Positions 20,384 to 29,862 of a stretch of DNA of 64,000 nucleotides are shown in pieces. This DNA comes from an uncultured Gemmatimonadales bacterium (GTDB lineage Bacteria; Gemmatimonadota; Gemmatimonadetes; Gemmatimonadales; GWC2-71-9). The stretch spans positions 1,440,001-1,504,000 of the forward strand of contig CAVZZO010000001.1 in the NCBI GenBank assembly GCA_963779755.1, in the 5' to 3' direction. The notes beneath the pieces are model-generated. The model was not told the DNA's origin. It ran no database searches and saw nothing but the letters and a program-made list of their open reading frames with translations. Position numbers and translations under genes: made by a program. The stretch's first letter is position 1. Each line of letters starts with the position of its first letter.

Positions 20384-20977
20384 TCAGAAATACCTCGCGG
20401 CCCCGACCTGGAGGCCGAGCCGGTGAACGTCCTGTGCCTGGGAAAACCCGCGGGACTGGAGCTGGGCGGTGGTGAAGCGGTGATAGGCATAGCGGGCCGA
20501 AGCCGTCCATTCCCACCCGTCGCGCCAGGGCAGCCGGTAGTCCAGCCCGAAGCTGCCCATGAGACGCGTAGGCCCCCCCTGCAGGAAGAGCCCTTCCTTG
20601 CGGCCGGGCCAGTAGGCCAGCAGGCCCACACCCGCGCGCCAGTAAAGATGGCGCAGCATGGCCGGCCCTTCGGCGATCAACTGGATGGAGCCGGTCCGCA
20701 GCCCGCCCAGGTCGGTGGTGACGCCGTTCTCTTCGGCGTGCACCGAGCCCAGGGTGATCGCGGCGGCGATCCCCACCCGGTAGCGCGGCCCGCTGGGAAT
20801 GGTGGCCTCCAGACTCAGCGTCGGCGCCAGGGAGGCCCGGACGTTGACCGGGTTGACGATCTGGTCGGTGACGAGCGTGCTGGACCAGGTGCCGCCGACC
20901 CCGGCGGCGACCCGGGTCTGGGCCGCCACCGGGAGCGGGAGGAGGCCGGCCAGAGCCAGCAGGATGGCTGATCGCAT
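20384..20977 (-). CDS. Small outer-membrane beta-barrel-like protein
   Basis: Signal peptide, amphipathic strands and C-terminal Phe (GAARYF). Confidence 0.6.
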   Translation of the reverse strand: MRSAILLALAGLLPLPVAAQTRVAAGVGGTWSSTLVTDQIVNPVNVRASLAPTLSLEATIPSGPRYRVGIAAAITLGSVHAEENGVTTDLGGLRTGSIQLIAEGPAMLRHLYWRAGVGLLAYWPGRKEGLFLQGGPTRLMGSFGLDYRLPWRDGWEWTASARYAYHRFTTAQLQSRGFSQAQDVHRLGLQVGAARYF

Positions 20978-21008
20978 GGGCGGAAGATGGAGACGAGCGG
21001 GAACCGGG

Positions 21009-21896
21009 TCAACGCACCCGGCGGGGGCGGGCATAGGCGCGGAGCCGGCGGAGCATCCGCCGGTCTTCCCGCACCGGGTCGTCGCCCTTGGGCGTCTCCA
21101 GGACCTTGGTGACCCCGGCCAGCCGCGGGTCGGTCATGATGCGCCGGAACGGCGCCGGCCCCAGCGTTCCCTCGGCGATCAGGGCGTGACGGTCACGCCG
21201 GCTGCCCAGGGGCTGGCGCGAGTCGTTCAGATGCATGCAGGAAAGGTGTTCCAGCCCGATGGTACGCTGCCACGATGTCCAGACACCGTCATAATCGTTC
21301 ACCAGGTCGTATCCGGCCGCGTAGAGATGGCAGGTGTCGGCGCAGAATCCGACGCGGTGGCGCAGGTCCTCGGGCAGCAGGTGGCGCAGCTCCGCCAGCT
21401 CCTCGAACCGGCTGCCCAGGGCGGTGCCCGATCCGGCAGTGGTCTCCAGCAGCACACGCACCGGGCCGGGGACGGCGGCCAGGCAGCGGGCCAGACTGGT
21501 GGCATTGCGGCGCAATCCGGCGGTAGGACTATCTATATAGTTGCCCGGGTGCGACACCACCGCCCGGATTCCCAAGGCCTGGCAGCGCCGCAACTCGGCG
21601 GTGAAAGCCCTTGTGGATTGGTCAGTTAGGGCCCTGTCCGGGGAGGCAAGGTTGATGAGGTACGAATCGTGCGCGACCACGTCGGCCAGACGGGTGCGCT
21701 CCAGCTCGTCCCGAAAAGCGTCACAAATGGAACGGTCCAGCACCGGCTCCCGCCACTGGTTGGGAGTCTTGGTGAAGACCTGCATCGCTGTGGCTCCGAT
21801 GGCCGTGCCGCGTGCCGGAGCCCGGTGGACGCCGCCCTGCGTCGAGACGTGGGCGCCCAGTCGTTCGCCGGGGCCCCGGATATCGTTATGGGCCAT
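21009..21896 (-). CDS. nfo: Endonuclease IV (AP endonuclease 2)
   Basis: LGAHVS, HDSYLINLAS, HPG, LLETTAG, DTCH, HLNDS, DRH and ETPK motifs. Confidence 0.95.
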   Translation of the reverse strand: MAHNDIRGPGERLGAHVSTQGGVHRAPARGTAIGATAMQVFTKTPNQWREPVLDRSICDAFRDELERTRLADVVAHDSYLINLASPDRALTDQSTRAFTAELRRCQALGIRAVVSHPGNYIDSPTAGLRRNATSLARCLAAVPGPVRVLLETTAGSGTALGSRFEELAELRHLLPEDLRHRVGFCADTCHLYAAGYDLVNDYDGVWTSWQRTIGLEHLSCMHLNDSRQPLGSRRDRHALIAEGTLGPAPFRRIMTDPRLAGVTKVLETPKGDDPVREDRRMLRRLRAYARPRRVR

Positions 21897-21963
21897 GGCC
21901 GATCCTGCTAGACTCCGGTAGGAGTATGGATACGTCTCGCCCGACCTCAATTTTCCTCTCTCC

Positions 21964-23397
21964 GTGAGCGACCTTCGCCGGCCGCAGGTTCTGCTGTTGG
22001 GCGATCCCTCAGCGCGTCCCGACGGGCTGGAGCGCGTGCTGGTACGGGGCGGATTCCAGGTGACCGAGGCCGACAGTGTTCCACCGGGGCGCCCCTCGGT
22101 CCTGCCCGACCTGGTCCTGATTACCGCCGCCGAGAGCAGCCCGGAACTGGAGGAGGAACTGACCCGGCTCCGGAGCCGTCACTGGGAATCGGTGCCCACC
22201 ATGGTGCTGCTCGGCACCTCCGCGCCGGAGGCCGCCACCCGGGTGCTCAACCAGGGGGCGAGCGACGCGATGACGGCCCCGCTGCATCTGCCGGAGCTGG
22301 TGGCGCGAGCCCATGCCCGGGTGCGGGGGCGCGTCGATCTCCACGGCATGCGGGAGACCAGCGAGCAGCACGAACTGCTGTTCGACATCCTGCAGGAGGC
22401 GTCCTCCAGTCTGCGGGCCGACGAGGTCATCAGTACCCTGGTGCGCCGCGCCGGCGAGGCTCTGGGCGTGGCCCGATGCTCCTTCGTGCTGACGACCGAC
22501 GGCGATCAGCTGGGCCGGGTTGCCGCCGTGTTCGAAAATCCGACCGTGCGCGATCTGCAGGTCGATCTTACCCGCTACCCCGAGATTCAGGAAGCTCTCC
22601 GCACCGAAGCCCCCGTGCATATCGGCGACATCCAGGACGATCCCCTGTTTGCCGCCGCCCGCCAGCAGTGGAGCGAGCAGGGAATCAAGGTCGACGTCCG
22701 CAGTGTCCTGGCCCTCCCGGTGAATCTGCACGGCCGCACCTCGGGGGTCTTTCTGCTTCGTACCGGGCCGGAGGACGAGGCGCTCACCTCCCAGCAGGTG
22801 GCCTTCGCCCGCACCCTGGCGCAGACCACCGGGCGCCTGCTGGAAACCGAGGAGCGCCGCGCCGGCATCTACCGGCGCCAGCTGGCTGCCGCCGCCACCG
22901 ATCCGCTTACCGGCTGCGGCAGCCTCGACGCTCTGGACCGGCGCATCCGGGAGGAATTCGAGCGGGCGCGGCGTTACTCGCTGAGCTTCTGTCTGATCCT
23001 GCTCGACGTCGACGGCCTCCATACGCTGAACGAGCAGTATGGCACCGGAGTGGGCGACCGGGTGCTCACCGAGCTGTGCGGCATTCTCCAGCGCGAGCTG
23101 CGCGCCCCCGATTTCGTCGCCCGCTACGGCGGCGACGAGTTCGCGCTCATCCTGCCCGAAACCGACCTCGATGGCGCCCGACGGTCGATCACCCGGGTGC
23201 GCGAGCGGATCGCGACCCATCCCTTCCCGGAGTTGCCCGATACCGAGCGTCCCCGCCTCAGCGCCGGGATCGTGGCCTTCCCCCATCCCTCGGCGATGCA
23301 GACGGAGGATCTCTTTGCGCTGGTGGAAGCGGCGCTGCTGCGGGGGAAATCGCAGACGGAGGAGCGGATCGGCACGGCGGAGAGCGTGGCGGCCTGA
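21964..23397 (+). CDS. Diguanylate cyclase (pseudo-receiver + GAF + GGDEF)
   Basis: DPLTG, RAPD I-site and RYGGDEF; central GAF; N-terminal receiver-like region. Confidence 0.88.
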   Translation: MSDLRRPQVLLLGDPSARPDGLERVLVRGGFQVTEADSVPPGRPSVLPDLVLITAAESSPELEEELTRLRSRHWESVPTMVLLGTSAPEAATRVLNQGASDAMTAPLHLPELVARAHARVRGRVDLHGMRETSEQHELLFDILQEASSSLRADEVISTLVRRAGEALGVARCSFVLTTDGDQLGRVAAVFENPTVRDLQVDLTRYPEIQEALRTEAPVHIGDIQDDPLFAAARQQWSEQGIKVDVRSVLALPVNLHGRTSGVFLLRTGPEDEALTSQQVAFARTLAQTTGRLLETEERRAGIYRRQLAAAATDPLTGCGSLDALDRRIREEFERARRYSLSFCLILLDVDGLHTLNEQYGTGVGDRVLTELCGILQRELRAPDFVARYGGDEFALILPETDLDGARRSITRVRERIATHPFPELPDTERPRLSAGIVAFPHPSAMQTEDLFALVEAALLRGKSQTEERIGTAESVAA

Positions 23398-23443
23398 TCC
23401 CGGTGCCCGCAGGCCAGCCGAGGTGTGCACGCTGCCCGGAGAT

Positions 23444-24700
23444 CTATCTCCGCTTCCGCAGCCAGTCGGTCGGATCCAGGGCGATCGACACGTCCCCCTT
23501 GGTACCCCGGATTTCGAAGTAGAGATGCGGCCCCTCGTCGGAGTTTTCTCCCCCCACCGTGCCGATCGCCTGGCCTTTCTGCACCTCCTGGCCCTGCGCC
23601 ACCGAGGTGCTCTCCAGCTGGCCGTAGAAGGAGTAGTAGCCGTTTCCGTGCTGGATCAGCACCGCCAGGCCATAGGTGCCGAGCCGTGTGGCCCAGACCA
23701 CCTTGCCGGACTCGACCGCGTGAACCGGCGTGCCCACCGGGGCGGCGATGCCGATCCCGTTGCGGCGGATCACACCGCCGCTGGGAAGCGTCTGCCGGCC
23801 GTAGTTGTAGACGATCCGCCCTTCGACCGGCCAGTCCAGCTTGCCGATATCGCTGGTGGTGAGTGAGGCGGCGGTGCTGGCCCCGCCGGCCGCGGCATTC
23901 CGCCGGGCGCGTTCCAGGGCCGCCACCACGTCGTTGAGGCGCTGCTCGTCGCGCTCCAGCGCGCTCAGCCGGGCCTCGGTGCTCCGGGCCGACTGACGCA
24001 CCTTTCTGAGCCGCTGGCCGCGCTCATCCGCCAGCGTGCTGTAGTGCTGCAGCTCGTCCTCCCGCTCGGCGCGGCGCCGGCCGAACTCGGAGCGCATGGA
24101 CAGGAGGTCCTGCCGCTGCCGCTGGACCCGGTTTCGCAGTTCCTCGACCTCCGCCAGCAGAGCGCGATCCTGCCGGCTGGTGAGATAGAGATACTTGTAG
24201 CGGCTCAGCAGGTCGCCGAAGGATTCGGCGGTGAGCAGGACCTGGAAGGCGTAGAGCGGCCCCCGCTTGTAGATGTCCACCAGCCGCCGGGAGAGTACCG
24301 CCCGCTTGTCGGCCAGGTTGTCCTCGGCCAGGATCAGGCTGCTGCTTACCGAGTCCACTTCGGTGTTCAGCGTGCCGATCTGCCGCTCCAGCTCGTTCAC
24401 GATGCGGCGGGTGGTTTCCTTCTGGTTTTCAATGTTGCTGAGTTCCTGGTCCAGCGTGTGGGCCTGCCCCTGCAGGCGCTGCTGCTCCTGCTGCAGCCGG
24501 GCCCGCTCCTGCCGGATCTGTTCGATGCGGCGCCGGTTTTCCTCCAGCTGTCGGGAGACATCCTGGGCATGGGCGGGAACGACGCCGGCTGCCAGGACAG
24601 CCAGGAGCGCGACAAGACGGCAAGACGGCAAGACGGCACGGGCGGCCCAGGTGCGTCCTCCCGTCCTCCCGTCCTGCCGTCCTGCCGTCCCGCTAGACAT
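23444..24700 (-). CDS. envC: Murein hydrolase activator EnvC (coiled coil + degenerate M23)
   Basis: Coiled coil, WPVEG, degenerate zinc ligands (RNGIGI, HLYFE); lies downstream of ftsEX. Confidence 0.85.
   Translation of the reverse strand: MSSGTAGRQDGRTGGRTWAARAVLPSCRLVALLAVLAAGVVPAHAQDVSRQLEENRRRIEQIRQERARLQQEQQRLQGQAHTLDQELSNIENQKETTRRIVNELERQIGTLNTEVDSVSSSLILAEDNLADKRAVLSRRLVDIYKRGPLYAFQVLLTAESFGDLLSRYKYLYLTSRQDRALLAEVEELRNRVQRQRQDLLSMRSEFGRRRAEREDELQHYSTLADERGQRLRKVRQSARSTEARLSALERDEQRLNDVVAALERARRNAAAGGASTAASLTTSDIGKLDWPVEGRIVYNYGRQTLPSGGVIRRNGIGIAAPVGTPVHAVESGKVVWATRLGTYGLAVLIQHGNGYYSFYGQLESTSVAQGQEVQKGQAIGTVGGENSDEGPHLYFEIRGTKGDVSIALDPTDWLRKRR
24614..24690. repeat. Inverted 8-mer arrays inside the envC 5' end
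   Basis: AAGACGGC x3, then CGTCCTCC x2 and CGTCCTGC x2. Confidence 0.7.
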
Positions 24701-25562
24701 TCCGCAGATGGCGGCCGACGCTCACCAGGCTTCCGAAGAGGCCGATCAGGATCCCGAAGAGCACCAGCACCACGACCTGGCCGGGCCGGAAGAAGACCAG
24801 CTGGTCGAGCGCCCCCGCCTGCCGGCTGCGGAAGAGGAGATAGCCGACATAGACGAGGAGCAGCGACAGCAGCCCGCCGAGCAGCCCCTTGAGGGCGCCC
24901 TCCAGCAGGAACGGCCCCCGGATGAACCAGTCGCTCGCACCGACCAGGCGCATGATGGCGATCTCGCGGGCGCGCTGCAGTACCGTCATGCGGATGGTGG
25001 TGCCGATGATCACCACCGCGACGGCGGCGAAGGCGAGGCCGATCACCCCCACGACGGCCCCGGCCAGGTTCCGCAGCCGGTCGAGCCGCTCCACCCAGTC
25101 GCGTCCGTAGCGCACGTCCTCAACGAAGGGAAAGGCCTTGAGCCGCTCGGAGACGGCGGTGGCGTGGCGGGCGTCGCGGAAACCCGGCTTGAGGCGGATC
25201 TCCAGCGAGGGCGGCAGCGGATTGACCTTCAGATCCTGGAATGCGTCGCGGAACTCGACCAGGTTTGCCCGGGCGCGGGCCAGCGCCTCGTCGGCGCTGA
25301 CATAGGTGACGGTCTGCACTTCGGGGAAGCTCTGGATGTCTTCCGATGCGGCGGCGATGACCTCGGGCGAGGTGCCCCGGAGCAGGAAGGCGACCACCTC
25401 CACCCGTTCTTCGACGCCGCGCAGCGCCTGGCGCAGGTTGATCGCCACCAGGCCGAAGAGCCCCAGCACGAAGAGCGAGAAGGCGATGGTGGTGACCGAC
25501 AGGGTGGAGAGCAGGGGTGCGCGGCGGAACGAGAGCAGCGCTTCGCGGGAAACCAGCCTCAT
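24693..25562 (-). CDS. ftsX: Cell division permease FtsX
   Basis: NPLPPS and REIAIMRLVGASDWFIRGPFLLEG; follows ftsE. Confidence 0.93.
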   Translation of the reverse strand: MRLVSREALLSFRRAPLLSTLSVTTIAFSLFVLGLFGLVAINLRQALRGVEERVEVVAFLLRGTSPEVIAAASEDIQSFPEVQTVTYVSADEALARARANLVEFRDAFQDLKVNPLPPSLEIRLKPGFRDARHATAVSERLKAFPFVEDVRYGRDWVERLDRLRNLAGAVVGVIGLAFAAVAVVIIGTTIRMTVLQRAREIAIMRLVGASDWFIRGPFLLEGALKGLLGGLLSLLLVYVGYLLFRSRQAGALDQLVFFRPGQVVVLVLFGILIGLFGSLVSVGRHLRNV

Positions 25563-26248
25563 CGCATCGCCTCCGAGGGCTCGTCCCGGCCGCTGTCGAA
25601 GACCACCTCGCCGCTGCGCAGCTCGACGGTGCGGTAGCTGGTCGAGCGGATCAGGTTGAGGTCGTGCGTCGCCATGACCACACAGGTCCCGCCGGTGTTG
25701 ATATCGCGCAGCAGCTGCACCACGCCGCGGGTGGCGCGTTCGTCCAGGTTCCCGGTGGGCTCGTCGGCCAGCAGTACCGGCGGATCGTTCACCAGGGCAC
25801 GGGCGATCGCCACCCGCTGTTGCTCACCGCCGGAAAGCTCCCGCGGATATGCGCCCGCCTTGCCGGCCAGCCCCACCTGGGTCAGCACCCGCGCCACCCG
25901 CGAGGGGATGGCGTCGCGCCGGGCGCCGGTCACTTCCAGGGCGAAGGCCACGTTCTCTTCCGCGGTGCGGTCCTCCAGCAGCCGGAAATCCTGGAACACG
26001 ATGCCCAGGCGGCGGCGCAACCGGGGGACCTCCGCCGCCCGGAGACTTCCCACCGAAAAGCCGGAGACCCGCACTTCGCCCTCGGAGGGGCGGCTGTCGG
26101 CGTACATCAGGCGCAACATGGTGGACTTGCCCGCTCCCGAATGGCCGGTGAGGAAGACAAACTCGCCCTTGCCGATGTGGAGCGACACGTTCTTCAGGGC
26201 GAAGCCGCCCTTGGGGAAGGTCTTGGAGACGTGATTGAAACGGATCAA
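25559..26248 (-). CDS. ftsE: Cell division ATP-binding protein FtsE
   Basis: GHSGAGKST, VFQDFRLL, LSGGEQQRVAIARA, ADEPTGNLD; TTG start. Confidence 0.95.
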   Translation of the reverse strand: MIRFNHVSKTFPKGGFALKNVSLHIGKGEFVFLTGHSGAGKSTMLRLMYADSRPSEGEVRVSGFSVGSLRAAEVPRLRRRLGIVFQDFRLLEDRTAEENVAFALEVTGARRDAIPSRVARVLTQVGLAGKAGAYPRELSGGEQQRVAIARALVNDPPVLLADEPTGNLDERATRGVVQLLRDINTGGTCVVMATHDLNLIRSTSYRTVELRSGEVVFDSGRDEPSEAMR

Positions 26249-26307
26249 GCGGCGTCAGTCTCGGTGGAACGATTCGATACTACAAGGATGCAGCGGTGGC
26301 CCGGCCC

Positions 26308-27459
26308 TCATCGCAGGGCCTGTTCCAGGTCCGCGATGATGTCCTCCACGTTCTCCACCCCGCAGGAGAGCCGGACGAAGCCGTCGGGGAAGCCCAGGGC
26401 GGCGCGCTGCTCGGGCGACAGGTGCCGGTGCGAGGTCAGGCGCGGCTCGGAGATCAGGCTCTCGACGCCGGCCAGGCTTGGTGCGTGTACCACCAGCTTG
26501 AGCCGCCGGAGGAACCGCTCAGCCGCCGGCGCCCCCCCGGTCACCTGGAGCCCCACCATGCCGCCGAAGCCCTGCAGCAGCTGCCGGGCGATGGCGTGGT
26601 CGGGATGGGTCGACAGGCCGGGGTAGTGCACCATGGCGATGGCCGGGTGGCCCGCGGCCCACTCGGCCACCGCCTGTCCATTGGCCGAGTGCCGCGCCAT
26701 CCGGAGCTCCAGGGTGCGCAGCCCGCGGTCGATCAGCCAGGCGCTGTGCGGATCGAGGGTCTGTCCCCAGAGCCGCATGAGGCGGACGACTTCGTCCACC
26801 ACCGCCGAGGTGCCCGCCACCGCCCCGGCGATCACATCGCTGTGGCCGTTGAGGTACTTGGTGGCACTGGTGATCACCACGTCCGCCCCCTGTTCCAGCG
26901 GGCGCAGGTGCACCGGACTGGCGAAGGTGGAGTCGACCAGGAGCGCGACACCCGCCTCGCGGGCCAGTTGGGCGAGATGGGGGAGATCCAGGACCCGGTT
27001 GAGCGGATTGGTAGGCGTTTCCACGAAGATGGCGCGAGTGGATTTGCGCATCATGCGCCGCCACTGCCGGGGCTGCTGCGGATCGGCGTAGCTGATTTCG
27101 ATGCCGAGCCGTCCCAGCTCCTCGTCGAAGAGCCGCCGGGTGCCGCCGTAGATCCAGGCGCTGGCGACCAGATGGTCGCCGGGCCGGAGCACCGCCAGGT
27201 GCGCCAGGGCGGTGGCCGCCATGCCGCTGCTCAGGAAGACGGCCGCCTCGGCGCCCTCCAGCAGCGCGTATTTCCGGGCGATCTCCACCTGGTTGGGGTT
27301 GTTGCCGTAGCGGGTGTAGAGCACCTCCTCGTCCGAACCGACCGGGTTGGTGAAGGTGCTGCTCTGAACCAGGGGAGGCACCACCGGCGTCCAGTCGGGC
27401 CGGGTGTGGAGCGGGCCGTGGATGGCGACGGTGGAAAGGCCGGGGCGGCGTTCCGTCAT
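26308..27459 (-). CDS. PLP-dependent transsulfuration enzyme (cystathionine gamma-synthase / Met gamma-lyase family)
   Basis: YTRYGNNP, SSGMAA, ETPTNP, VDSTFA and SATKYLNGHSD (PLP Lys). Confidence 0.92.
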   Translation of the reverse strand: MTERRPGLSTVAIHGPLHTRPDWTPVVPPLVQSSTFTNPVGSDEEVLYTRYGNNPNQVEIARKYALLEGAEAAVFLSSGMAATALAHLAVLRPGDHLVASAWIYGGTRRLFDEELGRLGIEISYADPQQPRQWRRMMRKSTRAIFVETPTNPLNRVLDLPHLAQLAREAGVALLVDSTFASPVHLRPLEQGADVVITSATKYLNGHSDVIAGAVAGTSAVVDEVVRLMRLWGQTLDPHSAWLIDRGLRTLELRMARHSANGQAVAEWAAGHPAIAMVHYPGLSTHPDHAIARQLLQGFGGMVGLQVTGGAPAAERFLRRLKLVVHAPSLAGVESLISEPRLTSHRHLSPEQRAALGFPDGFVRLSCGVENVEDIIADLEQALR

Positions 27460-27995
27460 TGCAGCGGGAGCGGCAGGTAGGCGCCCTCGCGCGCCTGGAC
27501 CAGCCGGTGCAGCACCAGCGCCTGCAGGGCGTCGGCGGCTCGGCCGCCGGGCCACTCGAGGCTGCGGGCCAGGCCGGCGGCATCGGTCGGGCCGCCGCAG
27601 TAGATCAGATCGAAGACCCGCCGGGCGTCGGCCGACACATCGCCCAGCAGGAGCGGCGGGCCGCTCTCGCGCACGGCGGCGACCACCAGGCCGTGACGCA
27701 TGAGGACGTGGTCGATGGCTTCGATGTGGTCGTCGGAGAGGCCCGTCAGCTGCACGTACTGCTCGCCACGGTAGGTGCCGTTGAGCAGGAGCTTGGCGAC
27801 GACTTCGTCGGCGCAGCTGAAATCCAGGAGCCCCACGGAGGAGAAATCGAGGCGGGCGCAGATACAGCTGGCGCGGCGCATGGCCTCTTCCACGCCATTG
27901 CGCACGGCGATACCCGTGGAACGTGTGACCAGGTCCCGGTAGGGAGTGGCAACCGCTCCCTGGAGGATCCGGTCGAGCCGGATGGTCTCGATCAT
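27456..27995 (-). CDS. STAS-like domain protein with possible C-terminal winged HTH
   Basis: LDFSSVGLLDFSCADEVV resembles a STAS core; TDAAGLARSLEW...ALQALVLHRLV resembles a wHTH. Overlaps both neighbours by 4 nt. Confidence 0.55.
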   Translation of the reverse strand: MIETIRLDRILQGAVATPYRDLVTRSTGIAVRNGVEEAMRRASCICARLDFSSVGLLDFSCADEVVAKLLLNGTYRGEQYVQLTGLSDDHIEAIDHVLMRHGLVVAAVRESGPPLLLGDVSADARRVFDLIYCGGPTDAAGLARSLEWPGGRAADALQALVLHRLVQAREGAYLPLPLQ

Positions 27996-28900
27996 CGACT
28001 GGCGTTGTCCTGTGCGGGGATGACGACTTGCACCTGCGCCCCCGGAAAATACGGCAGATGCTCGCTCAGGGGAACATCGTCATCCCAGCTCGGTACAATC
28101 GCGAGGCGCGCGGTGCCGCTGCGAATGGAGATCTTGCCGTTCCAGCGGGCCAGATAGCGCTTGATCCCGGCGAGCCCGTGTCCACGACCCGGGTCGCGGA
28201 AGCGGCTCACCCCCTGGATCAGTGCCGATTCGAGCGCCGCGCCGTCGTCCCAGCGATCGCCATAGCGCTTGGCCTGGACGGCCTCCAGCGAGCGGCGGAA
28301 GCCGATCCCGCCGTCGCTCACCGCGATGACGACCACGCGGCGGCCGCCCAAGCGGCGGCGGAAGGTGTAGGCGTGTACCGCGACCCAGCCGCCGGTTCCG
28401 GCATGCTCCACAATATTCTGGCACGCCTCGGAAAGCGCCATAGCGAATCCCATAGTGGCCTTGGGCTCGAGGCCCAGCTCGCCGGAAAGGATCCGTGCGG
28501 CTCCCTCCTGGATCTTGCCCACCACGTGGTGCACATCCTCGGCCGCCCGGACCGGCGTGACATCCAGCAGCACGTCCGACTGCTCGTCGGGCTGCACCCG
28601 GGGCACCTTGCCGTGGATCTCGCAGAGCTCCACCGCATAGCGGAAGAAGCCGACCCGCGCCCAGTAGCGCCGCACATCCTCGTTCCCCGGGACGGTGAAG
28701 AGCGGCTTCTGGCCGCGGTGTTCACCCAGAAACTGGGCGGCGGTAAGCATCCCCACCAGCCCGTAGGGCGAGGCCCACTGCGCCCGGTGCGCGTCGATCA
28801 GCACCGGTTCCTCGGCCTCCAGCGCGGCGGCATAGGACTGCGCGAACTGATCGAAGCTCCGGTCGTCGAAGCTGGCGGGAACCTCCACCACGCGCGTCAC
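27992..28900 (-). CDS. GHKL ATPase (anti-sigma kinase-like) with N-terminal STAS-like region
   Basis: N-box SEACQNIVEHA, G1 SDGGIG, G2 GRGHGL; no visible DHp histidine; GTG overlaps the PfkB stop. Confidence 0.72.
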   Translation of the reverse strand: MTRVVEVPASFDDRSFDQFAQSYAAALEAEEPVLIDAHRAQWASPYGLVGMLTAAQFLGEHRGQKPLFTVPGNEDVRRYWARVGFFRYAVELCEIHGKVPRVQPDEQSDVLLDVTPVRAAEDVHHVVGKIQEGAARILSGELGLEPKATMGFAMALSEACQNIVEHAGTGGWVAVHAYTFRRRLGGRRVVVIAVSDGGIGFRRSLEAVQAKRYGDRWDDGAALESALIQGVSRFRDPGRGHGLAGIKRYLARWNGKISIRSGTARLAIVPSWDDDVPLSEHLPYFPGAQVQVVIPAQDNASR

Positions 28901-29862
28901 GGCGTCACCAGCTCGCCGCGGAGATGCCGGGGCAGCCCGGTGGCGCCGCGGTAGGCCGCGTTCCTCGCGGCCAGGCGGTTGGCGGCACCCAGCGCCTCCT
29001 CCACCCCCTCGCCCGCCAGCAGGCGCGCAAACAGGGTGGCGCCGAAGACGTCGCCGCAGCCGGTCGGGTCGACCGCCTCGGCGGGCGGGCCCTGCACCCG
29101 GGCGGTGCGGGCGGCCGCGCCGGCGCCCGCCGTAAGCCGGGGCCTCCGGCCGCCGCCCGGCAGGCGCTCGAACCCGGGCGCGGCGACGTACACCGCGCCG
29201 CGGGCGCCCAGGGTGACCGCCAGCAGCGCCACCCCGGCGCTCAGCGCCTGGGCGGAGAGAGCGAGGGGATCGGGGGAAAGCTGGCGCATCTCGTCCTCGT
29301 TGATCTGGACCAGGTCGAAGCAGGCAAGCCAGTCGGTGGCGTCGGGAAGGGGTTGCAGCCTCCGGACGCCGTCTCCCTGCATGCCGAGCAGCAGGCTGTG
29401 CAGATCGGCATAGATGGCGCCGCCGAATCCCTGGCGCAGCGCCTGGGCGGTTCCCAGGCAGCATTCGAAGCCGGAAATGAAGTTGATGTACACCGCATCC
29501 AGGTCGCGGACCATGGGTCCGAGCTCGGCCCAGTTCCAGGCGGGAACGCCGCCGGCCATCCGTTCGCAGCGGCGCTCGCGGTTTTCATAGCGCAGGGTCA
29601 CCCGGTTGTTCGGAACCGGCACCTCGATGAACCGGCTGCCCGGTTCGGCCCGGCGCAGGGAGCCCAGAAATCCGCGGGCCTGGGCCGCCATGTCGCGGCC
29701 CACCTTGATGAGCGGTACCAGGGTCCAGTCGGGCGCGAGCGCCGCGTCGAACCCCGCCAGGGCGTAGGCGATGCCGCCCCATTCCTCGACAGGCGGCGCC
29801 GCGGGATCGCGGCCATAGATCAGGTCCCAGACCATCGACCCGATGACGCCGACCCTAGGCAT
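28897..29862 (-). CDS. PfkB family carbohydrate kinase
   Basis: WGGIAY, QINEDE, VTLGARG and VDPTGCGDVFG. Confidence 0.85.
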   Translation of the reverse strand: MPRVGVIGSMVWDLIYGRDPAAPPVEEWGGIAYALAGFDAALAPDWTLVPLIKVGRDMAAQARGFLGSLRRAEPGSRFIEVPVPNNRVTLRYENRERRCERMAGGVPAWNWAELGPMVRDLDAVYINFISGFECCLGTAQALRQGFGGAIYADLHSLLLGMQGDGVRRLQPLPDATDWLACFDLVQINEDEMRQLSPDPLALSAQALSAGVALLAVTLGARGAVYVAAPGFERLPGGGRRPRLTAGAGAAARTARVQGPPAEAVDPTGCGDVFGATLFARLLAGEGVEEALGAANRLAARNAAYRGATGLPRHLRGELVTP

